From Nitrospirota bacterium (GTDB taxonomy: Bacteria; Nitrospirota; UBA9217), in NCBI GenBank assembly GCA_963818475.1, contig CAWFSF010000005.1, positions 640,001 to 704,000 on the forward strand: a stretch of 64,000 nt of DNA. The letters are read 5' to 3'. Shown here piece after piece: positions 39,088 through 50,759 of the stretch. Positions within the stretch are counted from its first letter, which is position 1. Every line of letters starts with the position of its first letter. The translations under genes were made by a program, and so were the position numbers. The notes under the pieces were generated by a model. The model ran no database searches. It was not told the origin of the DNA and saw only the letters and a program-made list of their open reading frames with translations.

Positions 39088-39558
39088 GTGCAGAAGGCAG
39101 ATCTCACAACCAGGATCGTTGCGGGTTTTATCGACCTCCTCATCATCATCGGGCTTACGAGACTGCCCGATGTGATCGGTTTTCTGTCGGCATCGGGATA
39201 CCTGCTCATCCGGGACGGCCTGTTCGAACGCCAGAGCGTCGGGAAAAAACTGATCGGCCTGCGGGTCATATCGTCGGACGATCCTGAATTCGTTATCACC
39301 TACCGTGAATCGATCATCAGAAACGTTCCGCTGGTCATTGCCTACATCCTCTTTCTCATTCCCTATGCCGGCTGGATCCTCGGCCCCGCCGCCTTCGGCA
39401 TCGAGTGCCTGACCGCGCTCGGCGATGAGCGGGGGATGCGCATCGGCGACATGCTGGCACGGACCAGTGTCATTTCAAAAACGCCGACAGCCGCACCGGG
39501 CCAGCCTGCGGCTCCGGAAAAGACCGAACCGCCGTCCAGCCTTCAACAGGGCGGGTAA
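39088..39558 (+). CDS. RDD family membrane protein
   Basis: RIVAGFIDL, QSVGKKLIGLRV, RIGDMLART. Confidence 0.85.
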   Translation: MQKADLTTRIVAGFIDLLIIIGLTRLPDVIGFLSASGYLLIRDGLFERQSVGKKLIGLRVISSDDPEFVITYRESIIRNVPLVIAYILFLIPYAGWILGPAAFGIECLTALGDERGMRIGDMLARTSVISKTPTAAPGQPAAPEKTEPPSSLQQGG

Positions 39559-39688
39559 CACCGGTGGCTGTTAGCGCACGGTGAAGCGCATCCCGACCGC
39601 TCGCGTTTGACCATGACAACGTTTTGCACAGGATGCCTGCAGTATTCATCATAATATGATTTCGTTCTGAAAGGAGCACTCTCCAACA

Positions 39689-40716
39689 ATGTTTATCAAC
39701 ACTATCATGGGCTGGTTCTCGAACGACATGGCCATCGACCTCGGCACGGCCAACACCCTGGTCTACGTGCGCGGCAGGGGTATTGTCTGCAACGAACCAT
39801 CGGTGGTCGCCATATCGGTAAAGACCGGCAAGGTCCTTGCCGTGGGCATGGAGGCCAAACGGATGCTCGGCCGCACACCCGGCGACGTCAAGACCATCCG
39901 GCCCATCAAGGACGGCGTGATCTCGGACTTCGACATCACCGGCGAGATGCTCCGGTACTTTATCCGCAAGGTGCATAACCGGAAATCCTTTATGCGGCCC
40001 CGCATCGTCATCGGCGTGCCCTCGGGCATCACGCAGGTGGAGCAGCGCGCGGTCAAGGACGCGGCCCTCTCCTCGGGCGGCCGGGAAGTGTACCTGATCG
40101 AAGAGCCGGTTGCCGCGGCCATCGGCACGGGCCTGCCCATCTCGGAGCCCTCGGGCAACATGATCGTCGACGTGGGCGGCGGCACCACGGACATCGCCGT
40201 CATCTCCATGGACGGCGTGGTCTACAGCAAGGCCATCCGCGTGGGCGGCGACAAGATGGACGAGGCCATCATCAACTACATCAAGCGCAAATACAACCTG
40301 CTCATCGGCGAGATGATGTCCGAATCGATCAAGATGGAGCTCGGCTCGGCGTACAAGACCGACAATGAGCGCCACACCATGGAGATCAAGGGCCGCGATC
40401 TCGTGTCGGGCATCCCCAAGACCCTGATCCTGGACGACGATGAGGTGCGCGAAGCGCTGGCCGAACCCGTGAGCCAGATCATGAACGCCATCAAGCAGGC
40501 GCTGGAGAACACGCCGCCTGAACTGTCCGCCGACATCGTGGACAAGGGAATCGTGCTGGCCGGCGGCGGCGCGCTGCTCAAGGGGCTGGACGTCTACATC
40601 CGCGAGGAGACGTCGCTGCCGATCATCATAGCTGAAGACCCGCTCACCTGCGTTGCCATCGGCGCGGGCAAGGTGCTCGACGACCTCGATATTCTGAAAA
40701 AAGTCATGATGTGTAA
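39689..40716 (+). CDS. mreB: Rod shape-determining protein MreB (stop apparently displaced by an indel)
   Basis: AIDLGTANT, EPSVVA, DVGGGTTD, GIVLAGGGALL, AEDPLTCVA; out-of-frame TAA at 40714. Confidence 0.95.
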
Positions 40717-40730
40717 GAGGAAGGGCTCCG

Positions 40731-41539
40731 ATGCCCGGGTTTATCAGAAAGAACAAGCGGTCCGTCGTCATTCTCATCCTTTTCGCGTTCCTGTTCTGGC
40801 TCGTCACCATCCAGGTCAAGAACGGGCGGTTCCCGTTCATGGAAAAACCCGTGCTTGCCGTGGCGGGGTTCTTCGAGCGGATCATCGCCGCACCCTTCCG
40901 GTTCGTGGGATCGGTCGGTACCCGGTATGTTTACCTGGTGCGCACGGAGCGGGACAACGGATCGTCTCAAGCAGGAGCTGGTCCGGCTGCAGATCGAGAA
41001 TTCTGCCACGAACGAGCTCCTCACCGAAAACGAACGGCTGCGCGCCCTGCTCGCCTTCAAGAAGCAGAACCCGCCGACCGCCACTGCCGTGCAGATCATC
41101 GCCAAGGGCAACTGCGCCCGCGTCAAGCACGATCACCATCAACAAGGGTTCCGATGACGGGATCGAGAAGGACATGGCCGTGGTCGCCGAGGACGGCGTT
41201 GTCGGCAGGGTGCAGGCCGTGCTGCCGGGCACCGCGAAGGTCATCCTGCTCACCGACCCCGGAAGCACGCTGGCCGTCCGGGTGCAGCGGAACCGCGAAG
41301 AAGGCCTCCTGGAAGGCAAACTGGGCCTGTGCGCCCTGAAATACGTCTCCTTTTATGCCGACATCCAGGAAGGCGACCTGCTCGTCACCTCGGGCCTCGA
41401 CGGGCTGTTCCCCAAGGGACTGCCGGTTGCGACCGTGCTGCGCGTGACCAAACACGAAGCCAGCGCGTTCCAGACCGTGACGGCCCGGCCGATCGTCAGC
41501 TTCTCGCGCCTGGAGGAGGCGCTGGTACTCAGAAAATGA
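40731..41539 (+). CDS. mreC: Rod shape-determining protein MreC (frameshifts near 40960 and 41117)
   Basis: N-terminal TM, ENERLRALL coiled coil, INKGSDDGI, GVVGRV, VTSGLDGLFPKGLPV. Confidence 0.88.
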
Positions 41540-42048
41540 AACCCCGCTACTATCTTGGCCTCTTCCTGCTGATCATCCCTGTCCAGGCAAGCCTGCTTTC
41601 GCCGCTGTCGCTGGGAGGCATCGGGCCCGATCTGGCCCTGGCCCTGCTCTTTGTCATCGGCCTGCTGACCGGCCCCCGGGAAGCCGCGCTGGCAGGCATG
41701 GCGCTGGGGCTGCTGCAGGACGTGAGCGCAGCCAGCCTGATCGGGCTCACGGGCTTCACCCGCGGCCTCGTCGGCCTCGGCGCGGGGCTCCTGGGCCGCA
41801 GGATGTTCGACCTCACCAGCCCGTCGACCGTGCTTTTTTTAACCGCCTTCAGCCTTGCCGAAGGCATCTTCATCGCCATCCTGCTCCAGTTGTTCTACGG
41901 GTCCGTCCCCTTCTGGAACCTGCTGTTCACCCGCCTGATCCCCCAGGCGCTCTATACCGGGCTGCTCGGGTATTTTCTGCTGCAGCCCCTCAGGAACCGG
42001 AAGGTCGTCCTCGCATTGAAGCGGCGCGTCATTCAGAGGGAGTTGTAA
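41536..42048 (+). CDS. mreD: Rod shape-determining protein MreD
   Basis: Hydrophobic; GIGPDLAL, LGLLQDV; ATGA-coupled to mreC. Confidence 0.85.
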   Translation: MKPRYYLGLFLLIIPVQASLLSPLSLGGIGPDLALALLFVIGLLTGPREAALAGMALGLLQDVSAASLIGLTGFTRGLVGLGAGLLGRRMFDLTSPSTVLFLTAFSLAEGIFIAILLQLFYGSVPFWNLLFTRLIPQALYTGLLGYFLLQPLRNRKVVLALKRRVIQREL

Positions 42049-43864
42049 ATGCAACTGCAAGACAGCCCGGCCGATATCCAGCGCAGACTTCCGCTGCTGG
42101 CGGCCTTTGTCATCATCTTCACCCTGGTCCTCTTTGTCCGGCTGTGGTACCTCCAGGCGGTCAAGGGGACGTTCTATCTGGAGCAGGCGGAAAGCAACCG
42201 CATCCGGCCGGTGAAGCTCAGGCCGCCGCGCGGCATCATGTACGACCGCAAAGGCCGTCCCATCGTCGAGAACGCGCTCACCTTCGATATCTCGCTCGTG
42301 CCCGAGGACGCGCCGGACCTTGACGGCCTCGATCCAAAGCCTCGCAGACCACCTCAAGATCAGACCCGAGGACATTCAGGCAGCGCTCGATGAAGCGGCA
42401 CCGATCCGGGGAAAGTATGAGCCGGTCAAGATCGCGGAAGAAGCAGCCTGGGACCAGGTCGCTGTCGTCGAGTCGCACCAGGAGGACCTGCCGGGCGCGC
42501 TCGTTGAACCGGAACACCGCCGCCATTACCCCTACGGGGGACTGGCGTCGCACCAGCTGGGCTATATCGGGAAAATGACCGGGGCGCAGCGCAAGAAGGA
42601 CACGGGAGACATCGGACTGCTGACCGGCCAGGGCGGCCTCGAAAAGATCTATGACAAGCTGCTGCGCGGCGTCGCGGGCAGACGCATGATCCAGGTGAAC
42701 GCGGCAGGCAGGAAGGTCAAGGACCTGGGCATCGAGGAGCCTCAACCCGGGAACGACATCTACCTCACGCTCGACCTCGATGTGCAGCGGGCGGCCGAGG
42801 AGGCGCTCGGCGACCGTGCCGGCGCCGTCGTTGCCATGGACCCGAACTCCGGAGAGCTCATCGCTCTGGCAAGCCACCCCAACTATGATCCGAACCTCTT
42901 CCCGCGGGGCATCTCGCCCAAAGACTGGGTGCGGCTTGCGAACGATCCGATCCATCCGCTCTACAACCGGGCGGTCCAGAGCGTCTACCCGCCGGGCTCG
43001 ATCTTCAAGATCGTGGTTTCGCTGGCAGGGCTCCAGACCGGTGTGATCAAACTTGACGACAGGGTTAACTGCAACGGCTCTCTCAGAAGCGGCAAACACA
43101 CCTTCCGGTGCTGGAAAAAGGGCGGGCATGGTTCGATCTCGTTCCATGACGCGCTCGTCGGGTCCTGCGACGTTTATTTTTACACCATGGGCGAGCGTAT
43201 CGGCTACGACATCATTGCGCAATTCGCGCGGAAGCTGGGGCTCGGGAGACCTGACCGGCATCAAACTCGCTGATGAGAAAGCGGGCAACATTCCGACCAC
43301 GGACGTGGAAGAAACAGCGCACCGGCGAGGCCTGGTACCCGGGCGACACGTACATCAACTCCATCGGCCAGGGCTATGTGCAGGTCAGCCCGATCCAGGC
43401 CTGCCAGATGATCAGCGCCATTGCCAACGGAGGCAAGTTCTTTCAGCCGACCCTGCTGCGGTCAGTCGCGCAACCGGGAGACCGGGATCGTGACGCCGGT
43501 GACGCCCGAGCAGAAGCGGGCGTTCACGATGGACCCCGCAGCCCTTGCCGAGATCAGACGGGCGCTGCTCGGTGTGACGACCGAGTCGAACGGAACGGCC
43601 CACGGTGCTGCGACCCCCTTTGCGTCCGTGGCTGCCAAGACCGGCACGGCGCAGGTCATCGCCCAGAAGGTCGCCGGCAGAAAGCTCTCGGCATCAACGC
43701 AGGACCACGCCTGGCTCGTTGCCTATGCGCCTGCGGATAATCCCCGGATCGCCGTTGCCGTGCTGGTCGAGCACGGGGGCCACGGCGGCGCGGCAGCTGC
43801 ACCGGTGGCCAAAAAAGTAATAGAGGAGTTCATGAAAAATGCTGGACCGACGGTCGCTCGCTAA
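42049..43864 (+). CDS. mrdA: Penicillin-binding protein 2 (several frameshifts)
   Basis: RLWYLQ, PRGIMYDR, YPPGSIFK (SxxK), SCDVYFY, SIGQG, KTGTAQ, DHAW. Confidence 0.92.
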
Positions 43865-44970
43865 TCTCCCCTGGGGCATGGTCGGCCTCATCGCCCTGAT
43901 CGCGCTCATCGGCCTCTCGGCCGTCTACAGCGCGACCTATACGGCAAATGGTCCGTCCACGCTGTTTTACAAGCAGATGATCTGGATCGCGGCAGGCATG
44001 GTCGTCATGTTCCTGATGATGCTGCCGGATTACCATACGGTGGGCGCGCTACGCCTACATCCTCTATGCCGCATCGATCATCATGCTCATCCTCGTCATG
44101 GTCATGGGAAAGACCGGCATGGGCGCCCAGCGGTGGCTCGCCATCGGCCCCTTTGCGTTCCAGCCTTCCGAGCTCGCCAAGCTGGCGCTCACGCTGGCCC
44201 TGGCTCGCTACTTTGCCGAGGACCCGCGCCGCGGCGGATACTCGCTGCAGGACCTCGCGGTCCCGGGCGCCATGGTCCTGGTCCCGCTGCTCTTCGTGCT
44301 GAAGCAGCCCGACCTCGGCACGGCCATGATGCTGCTGCTCACGTCGTCGCTCATGGTCATGATCGCCGGCATCCATCTGCGCTCGGTCATCACGATCGTC
44401 CTGATCGCCGCCGTGGTCGCCGCTTCGGTCTTCCTGGTGCCGCCGGTGCGGGACAAGATCTGGGGATCGCTCAAGCCGTACCAGCAGAACCGGATCAAGG
44501 CCTTCATCGATCCCAGCTCCGACCCGCTCGGCAGCGGCTATCACGCGAACCAGTCGAAGATCGCCGTCGGCTCCGGCCAGATCACGGGCAAGGGCTTCCG
44601 CCAGGGGACCCAGAGCCAGATGGCCTTCCTGCCCGAACGCCACACGGACTTCATCTTTGCCGTGATCTCCGAGGAACACGGCTTCATGGGTTCGGGCCTC
44701 ATGGTCATCCTCTACCTCATCCTGCTGCTCATCGGCGTTGACACGGCCCGGAACGCCAAGGACCGCATGGGCGCCCTGATGGCGGGCGGCATCGTCTCCA
44801 TGATCACGCTCTATGTGTTCATCAACGTCGGCATGTCCGCAGGCATCGTGCCCGTGGTCGGCGTGCCGCTCCCGCTCGTGAGCTACGGCGGCACCTCGGT
44901 CATCACCACCTTCCTTGCCCTCGGATTGCTCTTGAATATCCAGATCCGAAGGTTTATGTTGTTCTACTAA
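43839..44970 (+). CDS. rodA: Rod shape-determining protein RodA (frameshift near 44048)
   Basis: GAQRW, QPSELAK, KQPDLGT, FLPERHTDFIF, VVGVPLPLVSYGG. Confidence 0.92.
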
Positions 44971-44974
44971 AAAT

Positions 44975-45090
44975 CAGGGTACAGCAGGTCAGGGTAGCAG
45001 GGGTCAGGAACTGCGAAAGCATCAGACCCGATCACCTGCCCGTGTACCTTGACTCCACCTGTACCCTGAACCCTGTACCCTGAACCCTGC
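44975..45090. repeat. Heptamer-period inverted repeat (CAGGGT/ACCCTG)
   Basis: cagggtacagcaggtcagggtagcagggg ... cctgtaccctgaaccctgtaccctgaaccctg. Confidence 0.75.
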
Positions 45091-45105
45091 CTCTCAAGGA
45101 GTCCC

Positions 45106-47593
45106 ATGCTCGAAGACTTTCTGCCGCTGGTGACCAAACCGGCACGGTACATCAACAACGAGATCCACAGCGTGCACAAGGACCTTGCGGCCGTGCGGAC
45201 AAAGGTCTGCCTGTTCTTTCCCGATACCTACGAGGTCGGCATGTCGCACCTGGGCCTCAGGATCCTGTACCAGGTCCTGAACAGCAGGGACGACACGGCC
45301 TGCGAGCGCGTCTTTTCTCCCTGGACGGACTACGAGGAGAAGCTCCGCGCATCGGGCAGGCCGCTCACCAGCCTCGAATCGAACCTCCCGCTGGCGGAAT
45401 TCGACATCATCGGCGTCACGCTCCAGTACGAGCTGTCCTACTCCAACATCCTCGTCGGGCTGGAGCTGGGACGGGTCCCTGTCAGGTCCGATGACCGCAC
45501 CGATGACCATCCGATCGTGATCGCCGGCGGGCCCTGCGCCGTGAACCCCATGCCGCTGTCCGCGTTCATCGATGCCTTCTTTATCGGCGAAGCAGAAGAG
45601 GCCATGCACGAGATCGTCGAACTGCGGCAGCAGCATCCGGGCAGGAAAGAGTTCCTTGCGGCGCTGGCAGGTTGCGACGGATTCTACGTGCCGGCCCTCG
45701 GCGCGAAAACCGTAAAGCGGCGCGTGATCCGGGACCTCGAGTCGGCACTTTGGCCTGCACAGCCGCTCATCCCGCTGCTCAAGCCGGTGCACGACCGGGT
45801 CACGGTCGAGGTCGCCCGGGGCTGCATCCGCGGCTGCCGCTTCTGCCAGGCAGGCATCATCTACCGGCCCTACCGCGAGCGGAGCCCGGAGCGCGTCAAG
45901 GACCTTTTGCAGGAATCCATCGAATGCACGGGCTTTGACGAACTGTCGCTGGCATCGCTTTCGACCGGCGACTACTCCGCAATCCAGCCGCTCATGGAGG
46001 ACCTCGTCGCCCGCTACCGGGCAAGCCGGGTCTCGATCTCGCTCCCGTCGCTCCGCATCGGCACGCTCACGCCGGAGATGATCCGCGCCGTGGCCGGCGT
46101 GCGCAAGAGCGGCTTCACCCTGGCGCCCGAAGCAGGCACCGAACGCCTCCGGTGCGTGATCAACAAGCCGCTGGCCGAGCAGGACCTGCTGGACGCCGCT
46201 GCCGTCATCTTCTCGAGCGGCTGGAGCGTGCTGAAGCTGTACTTCATGATCGGCATGCCCACCGAGACCGACGAGGACCTGGACGGGATCATCCGGCTCG
46301 TCACCAACATTTTTGCAGTTGGCAAGCGCGAGTCACGGCGGCACATCCAGATCAATGTCAGCGTCTCGACCTTTGTGCCGAAGCCGCATACGCCCTTCCA
46401 GTGGTTCGGCCAGGCCACGCGCGAAGAGATCAAGGCAAAGCAGGCCTACCTCGAACGGGGGCTCAGAAAAAAAGGCATCGCGCTCAAGCCGCACCATGCG
46501 GAAACGAGCGTGCTCGAAGGCGCTTTCGCGCGCGGCGATGCCGCCATCGGCAGGGTGATCGAAGAAGCGGTCAAGCTTGGCTGCAGGTTCGACGGCTGGA
46601 CCGAGTGTTTCGACTTTAAGAAATGGACCGAGGCGTTTCGGATCTGCGGGCTCGACCCGGCAACGTACGCGAGCCGAAGCTTCGGCCTCGACGAGCAGCT
46701 GCCATGGCAGTTCGTGCAAACAGGTATAACGCAGGAGTTCCTGAAGCGGGAGTACAACCGGGCGATCAAGGCAGAGGTGACGCCGAACTGCCGCGCCAAG
46801 TGCGAAGCCTGCGGCATGGCATGCAAGGACGGCGGCAGGGAGACCTTCGGCAAGCCGGCGAGAACGATCGCCGCACCAATCGTTCGACCGGCAGGAACAG
46901 CGGCCCCGTCGGGCGAAGCGCTGGTCACCAAAATACGGATGCGCTATACCAAGACCGACAGGCTGCGCTTCTTGTCGCACCTCGACCTCATGACGCTCGT
47001 CCAGCGCGCTGCCGTCCGCGCCCATATCCCGCTCGCTTTTTCCCAGGGGTTCAATCCGCACCCCAAGATCGCTTTCGGCCCTGCCTTGCCCGTTGGCATG
47101 GAGAGCGAGACCGAGTACCTCGACATGGAGACCGATGCGGGCATCGATCTGCTTGAGCACGACGAAGGCGCTGAACAACACCCTGCCGCAAGGCATGCGC
47201 ATTCTCGAAATGCGGGTCGTCCCGAAGAAGGCGGCATCCCTCTCCGGCAGCATCGAGCGCTATACCTATGCCGTTGAGGTTCCGGCAGGCTATGCAGAGG
47301 GCCTGGAAGAGCGGGTGCAGGAGTTCCTGTCGAGGACTGCGGTCATCGTGGAAAAGGACGGGAAGCAGAAGGACATCAGACCCTGCATCGAGGCTGTCGC
47401 CGTTACCCTGTCCGAGGGGCCGGCGCTGCTTTCCATCGCGCTTCAGGACCAGGGCCAGATGAAGCCGCGCATTCAGGATGTGATGGAGCAGTTGTTGGGA
47501 ATGAGCAAAGAGCAATTTCTGCTTTTCCGGGTGAAGCGGACCGGTTTATACTGGAAAGAGAACGGCCAATGGCGCGATCCCATGGACGTGTAG
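45106..47593 (+). CDS. TIGR03960-type radical SAM protein fused to DUF2344/TIGR03936 domain (frameshift near 47158)
   Basis: FPDTYEVGMSHLG, RGCIRGCRFC (CxxxCxxC), TLAPEAGTERLR, SHLDL...FSQGFNPHP. Confidence 0.88.
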
Positions 47594-47639
47594 GACCGGG
47601 TGAACCCAGAGAATCGTGACACAGAGAAAACCTCTTTTG

Positions 47640-47720
47640 TCCGCAGATTTCCAAGATGGCCGCCGATTTTTAAACCATAATGCTGGTTTGTTTTAAGGTG
47701 AAGTCTGCTAATCTGCGGAT
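47640..47720. repeat. Degenerate CGCAGAT/ATCTGCG palindromic element
   Basis: tccgcagatttccaagatggccgccgatt ... gtctgctaatctgcgga. Confidence 0.6.
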
Positions 47721-47916
47721 ACTATATAGACTTGAGAATTTAATCATTTTTTTATATCGGCTGGGATTTATCTCCCGGCCTCTCCTTTCCCTCTCGTTTC
47801 TTATTCTTTATTAGCAAACCCTCTGCCAGATACTGACCTGCCGGTCGCGATGGCTTCCGAGCCTCCTAAAATCGCCAGAAAACTGCCCTCTAGGCACTAA
47901 TTCCTTGTTTTAATTC

Positions 47917-47945
47917 TTGTATTCATTGAAAACCTGTTATAAAAT
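47917..47945 (+). promoter_or_regulatory. Sigma70-type promoter of rng
   Basis: TTGTAT-N17-TAAAAT, ~47 nt upstream of the ATG. Confidence 0.6.
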
Positions 47946-47992
47946 AGTTTTAGAGAAAGATAGTCAGGTAAAAACAACTTCTAGGAGACATC

Positions 47993-49498
47993 ATGCCATC
48001 TGAGATCATCGTAAACGCCGGCCGGGAAGAAACCCGCGTGGCACTTCTGGAGAACGGCCTGGTCACCGAAATATTGATCGACCGCAAGAAGGACCGCGGC
48101 GTTGCAGGGAATGTCTACAAGAGCCGGGTCATGAAGGTCCTGCCCGGCATGCAGGCCGCGTTCGTGGATGTGGGCCTGGAAAAATCAGCGTTCCTCTACG
48201 TGGGAGACGTCTTCGACAGCACGTCGGAATATACCCCCATGATGGAGGACGAAGGACTGGAACTCGAGACCGATACCAAGCGCAAGCGCACCCATGCCAC
48301 GCAGATCGAGGACCTGGTGCAGGAAGGCCAGGAGATCCTCGTCCAGGTCGCCAAGGAGCCGATCAGCACCAAGGGCGCGCGGGTCACGACCTACATCAGC
48401 ATCCCCGGCCGCTACCTGGTCATGATGCCCGGGGTCAATCATATCGGCGTCTCGCGACGCATCGAGAACGGCGAGGAGCGGAAACGGCTGCGCGAGATCG
48501 TGAGCCGGCTGCGGAAACCGCATATGGGCTACATCATCAGGACCGCGAGCCAGGGCCGGAGCGAGGACGAGCTGAACGCGGACATCGAGTTCCTGGCCCG
48601 CTTGTGGGAGACCATCCAGCGCAAAAAAGAACGCGCCTCGGCGCCGGCGCTGCTGCACAACGAGCTTGACCTGGTCTTCCGCGTGGTCCGCGACGTGTTC
48701 ACCCGGGACGTGGACCGGATGGTCATCGACTCTCCCGATGAATACCAGCGCGTCAAGGAATTCGTCGACTCCTACATCCCCGGGCTCGGCAGGCGCGTGA
48801 AGCCCTACGACGGCGACGAGCCCATCTTCAGCCACTACGGCGTCGAGATCGAGATCTCGCGCGCCCTGGGCCGCAAGGTCTGGCTCAAATCGGGCGGCTA
48901 CATCATCATCGACCAGACCGAGGCGCTGACGACCATCGACATCAACACCGGCCGGTACGTGGGCAAGCGCACCCTGGAGGACACGATCCTGAAGACGAAC
49001 CTCGAGGCCGTGCGCGAGATCGCCTACCAGCTCCGGCTCAGGAACATCGGCGGCATCATCATCCTCGACTTCATCGACATGGAGCGCGAGGACAACCGGC
49101 GCAAGGTCTACTCGGCGCTGCAGGAAGCGCTCTCCAGCGACAAGGCAAAGACCACGATCTCGCACATCTCGCCGCTCGGCCTGATCGAGATGACGCGGAA
49201 GCGCATCCGCGAAAGCCTGGGCCGCACGCTCTGCGAGCCCTGCCCCTACTGCGACAACCGGGGCTATGTGAAATCGAGCCGCACCATCTGCTACGAGGTC
49301 TTCCGTGAGATCAGGCGCGCTTTTACCGGCGCTGACGAGAAGAAGGCGCTCGTGACCGTTAATTCCGTGGTGGCCGACATGCTGTACGACGAGGAGCGAA
49401 GCGGCGTGGAGGAGCTTGAGAAGGAATTCCAGAAAAAGATCGTGATCAAGGCAGATCCGAACCTGCACCAGGAGCAGTATGAGGTCGTGATGGTGTAG
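47993..49498 (+). CDS. rng: Ribonuclease G (Rne/Rng family)
   Basis: VLPGMQAAFVDVG, QVAKEPISTKGARVT, TIDINTG, RLRNIGGIIILDFIDM; 501 aa. Confidence 0.93.
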   Translation: MPSEIIVNAGREETRVALLENGLVTEILIDRKKDRGVAGNVYKSRVMKVLPGMQAAFVDVGLEKSAFLYVGDVFDSTSEYTPMMEDEGLELETDTKRKRTHATQIEDLVQEGQEILVQVAKEPISTKGARVTTYISIPGRYLVMMPGVNHIGVSRRIENGEERKRLREIVSRLRKPHMGYIIRTASQGRSEDELNADIEFLARLWETIQRKKERASAPALLHNELDLVFRVVRDVFTRDVDRMVIDSPDEYQRVKEFVDSYIPGLGRRVKPYDGDEPIFSHYGVEIEISRALGRKVWLKSGGYIIIDQTEALTTIDINTGRYVGKRTLEDTILKTNLEAVREIAYQLRLRNIGGIIILDFIDMEREDNRRKVYSALQEALSSDKAKTTISHISPLGLIEMTRKRIRESLGRTLCEPCPYCDNRGYVKSSRTICYEVFREIRRAFTGADEKKALVTVNSVVADMLYDEERSGVEELEKEFQKKIVIKADPNLHQEQYEVVMV

Positions 49499-49520
49499 CT
49501 GGGGAAGAACCTGAGAATGT

Positions 49521-49565
49521 AATAAAAAATGCCCTTCTCTAAGCAGAGAACGGGCTTTTTTTATT
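49521..49565. terminator. Bidirectional intrinsic terminator
   Basis: AAAAAATGCCCTTCTCT-aagc-AGAGAACGGGCTTTTTTT between convergent genes. Confidence 0.75.
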
Positions 49566-49715
49566 GCGCTGCATGATCAAAACAGAAGCAAAAAAGTATG
49601 TCAATAGCTAAAGATTCAAGAACCTCCGCGTTGCATATAGTCGAGGAGAGAATCCTCTTTCGGAATATTCTATCTAAACATTTTGGTTCGCATCTTGAAA
49701 AACCTTCTTATGGAG

Positions 49716-50486
49716 CTAATCCTTTATGACATCATCGATGTTGATCCTGAAATTATAGTCGGGAATAATTGCCCCGTCCACCGCAACAGGCAGAAAGATG
49801 CTCATCGTCTTGCCCTTGAGCGACAGGGCGCTGTCGCTGTCAAGAACGAACAGTGGTTTTGCAACATATCCTTTCTTCTCCCCGGAATACGCTATGGAGT
49901 CCGCCGGCGTGACCGACTCTTGCAGCGTTCCGCCCACCGGTATGGTTTGAGGAGGTACCCGATTGGCCCTGTTCTCCCATTTTATGCCGGAAGGAATGAG
50001 CCGATGCGGTCGGTACATGACATCGGTATAATCGGCTGTTTCCCACAGTATCGTAAGAGGCTTTCGCGTCAGATTGTCGATCTTGAGGTCGATATGCTGG
50101 TCCCGGGGCACTATCGTGACGGCAAGTATTTTGTCCCGATAGGTAAGATCATCGGACCGGACAGGGGCAGCGAGGCTGTATTTAAGGCGGTACTGGGACG
50201 CTTTCTGCAGCCTGATCCTGATGCTGTCACCCTGCACGCTGCTTAACTGGAGCACTATTGGCTTGTAATTCTTGCGGCTTATCAGGACGCGGCTTTGGGC
50301 AGCCACGGCATGGTCTGCCGGAATAGAAATGCTCGCGGGAGAACGGTAGGACGTGCCCGGCGGGTCTCCCCGGCCGATGACTTCAATCTGCGCATCGGGC
50401 GGATCCACGATCAGGGTAAACTGCCTGGATGCGACGCATCCGGATGCTGCGAGGAGAGCTAAGGCAAGGATCACTATTTTTCTCAT
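49716..50486 (-). CDS. Hypothetical lipoprotein
   Basis: MRKIVILALALLAASG-C lipobox; AGGAG RBS; TTGACA-N16-TATAGT at 50556-50529. Confidence 0.75.
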   Translation of the reverse strand: MRKIVILALALLAASGCVASRQFTLIVDPPDAQIEVIGRGDPPGTSYRSPASISIPADHAVAAQSRVLISRKNYKPIVLQLSSVQGDSIRIRLQKASQYRLKYSLAAPVRSDDLTYRDKILAVTIVPRDQHIDLKIDNLTRKPLTILWETADYTDVMYRPHRLIPSGIKWENRANRVPPQTIPVGGTLQESVTPADSIAYSGEKKGYVAKPLFVLDSDSALSLKGKTMSIFLPVAVDGAIIPDYNFRINIDDVIKD

Positions 50487-50710
50487 AACTTCTCCTTTTC
50501 GGCATAGTCCGACATTCAAAGCAGTAAAACTATAGCAGACCGGCGGAATGTGTCAAATAGATTTCGAATCGAGTTTAAAAATAAGGTAAGGCGCTCGTTA
50601 CGCGAGCTGTCGTGGCGGGGGCAGCGGTTGCGGAGAAAACGGAATGAACTGTTACACTTCAATTTGGGGTTTCAAAGACTGGGTACTATTTATTCTGGAT
50701 GCCTTCAATC

Positions 50711-50753
50711 AAAAAAAGCGGGGCAACAAGGCTTGCCTTTGTTGCCCCGCTTT
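50711..50753 (-). terminator. Intrinsic terminator
   Basis: Minus strand AAAGCGGGGCAACAA...TTGTTGCCCCGCTTTTTTT. Confidence 0.85.
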
Positions 50754-50759
50754 GAATGG

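Noticed and set aside
39689-41539. 616-aa MreB-MreC fusion ORF
   Set aside because: MreB similarity ends at ~40710 beside an out-of-frame TAA. The middle is off-frame MreC, and MreC has its own ATG. Best explained by indel errors.
49595-49680. Possible four-helix-bundle or HTH remnant (…RFKNLRV…)
   Set aside because: Requires an indel and covers about 12 residues; too weak.
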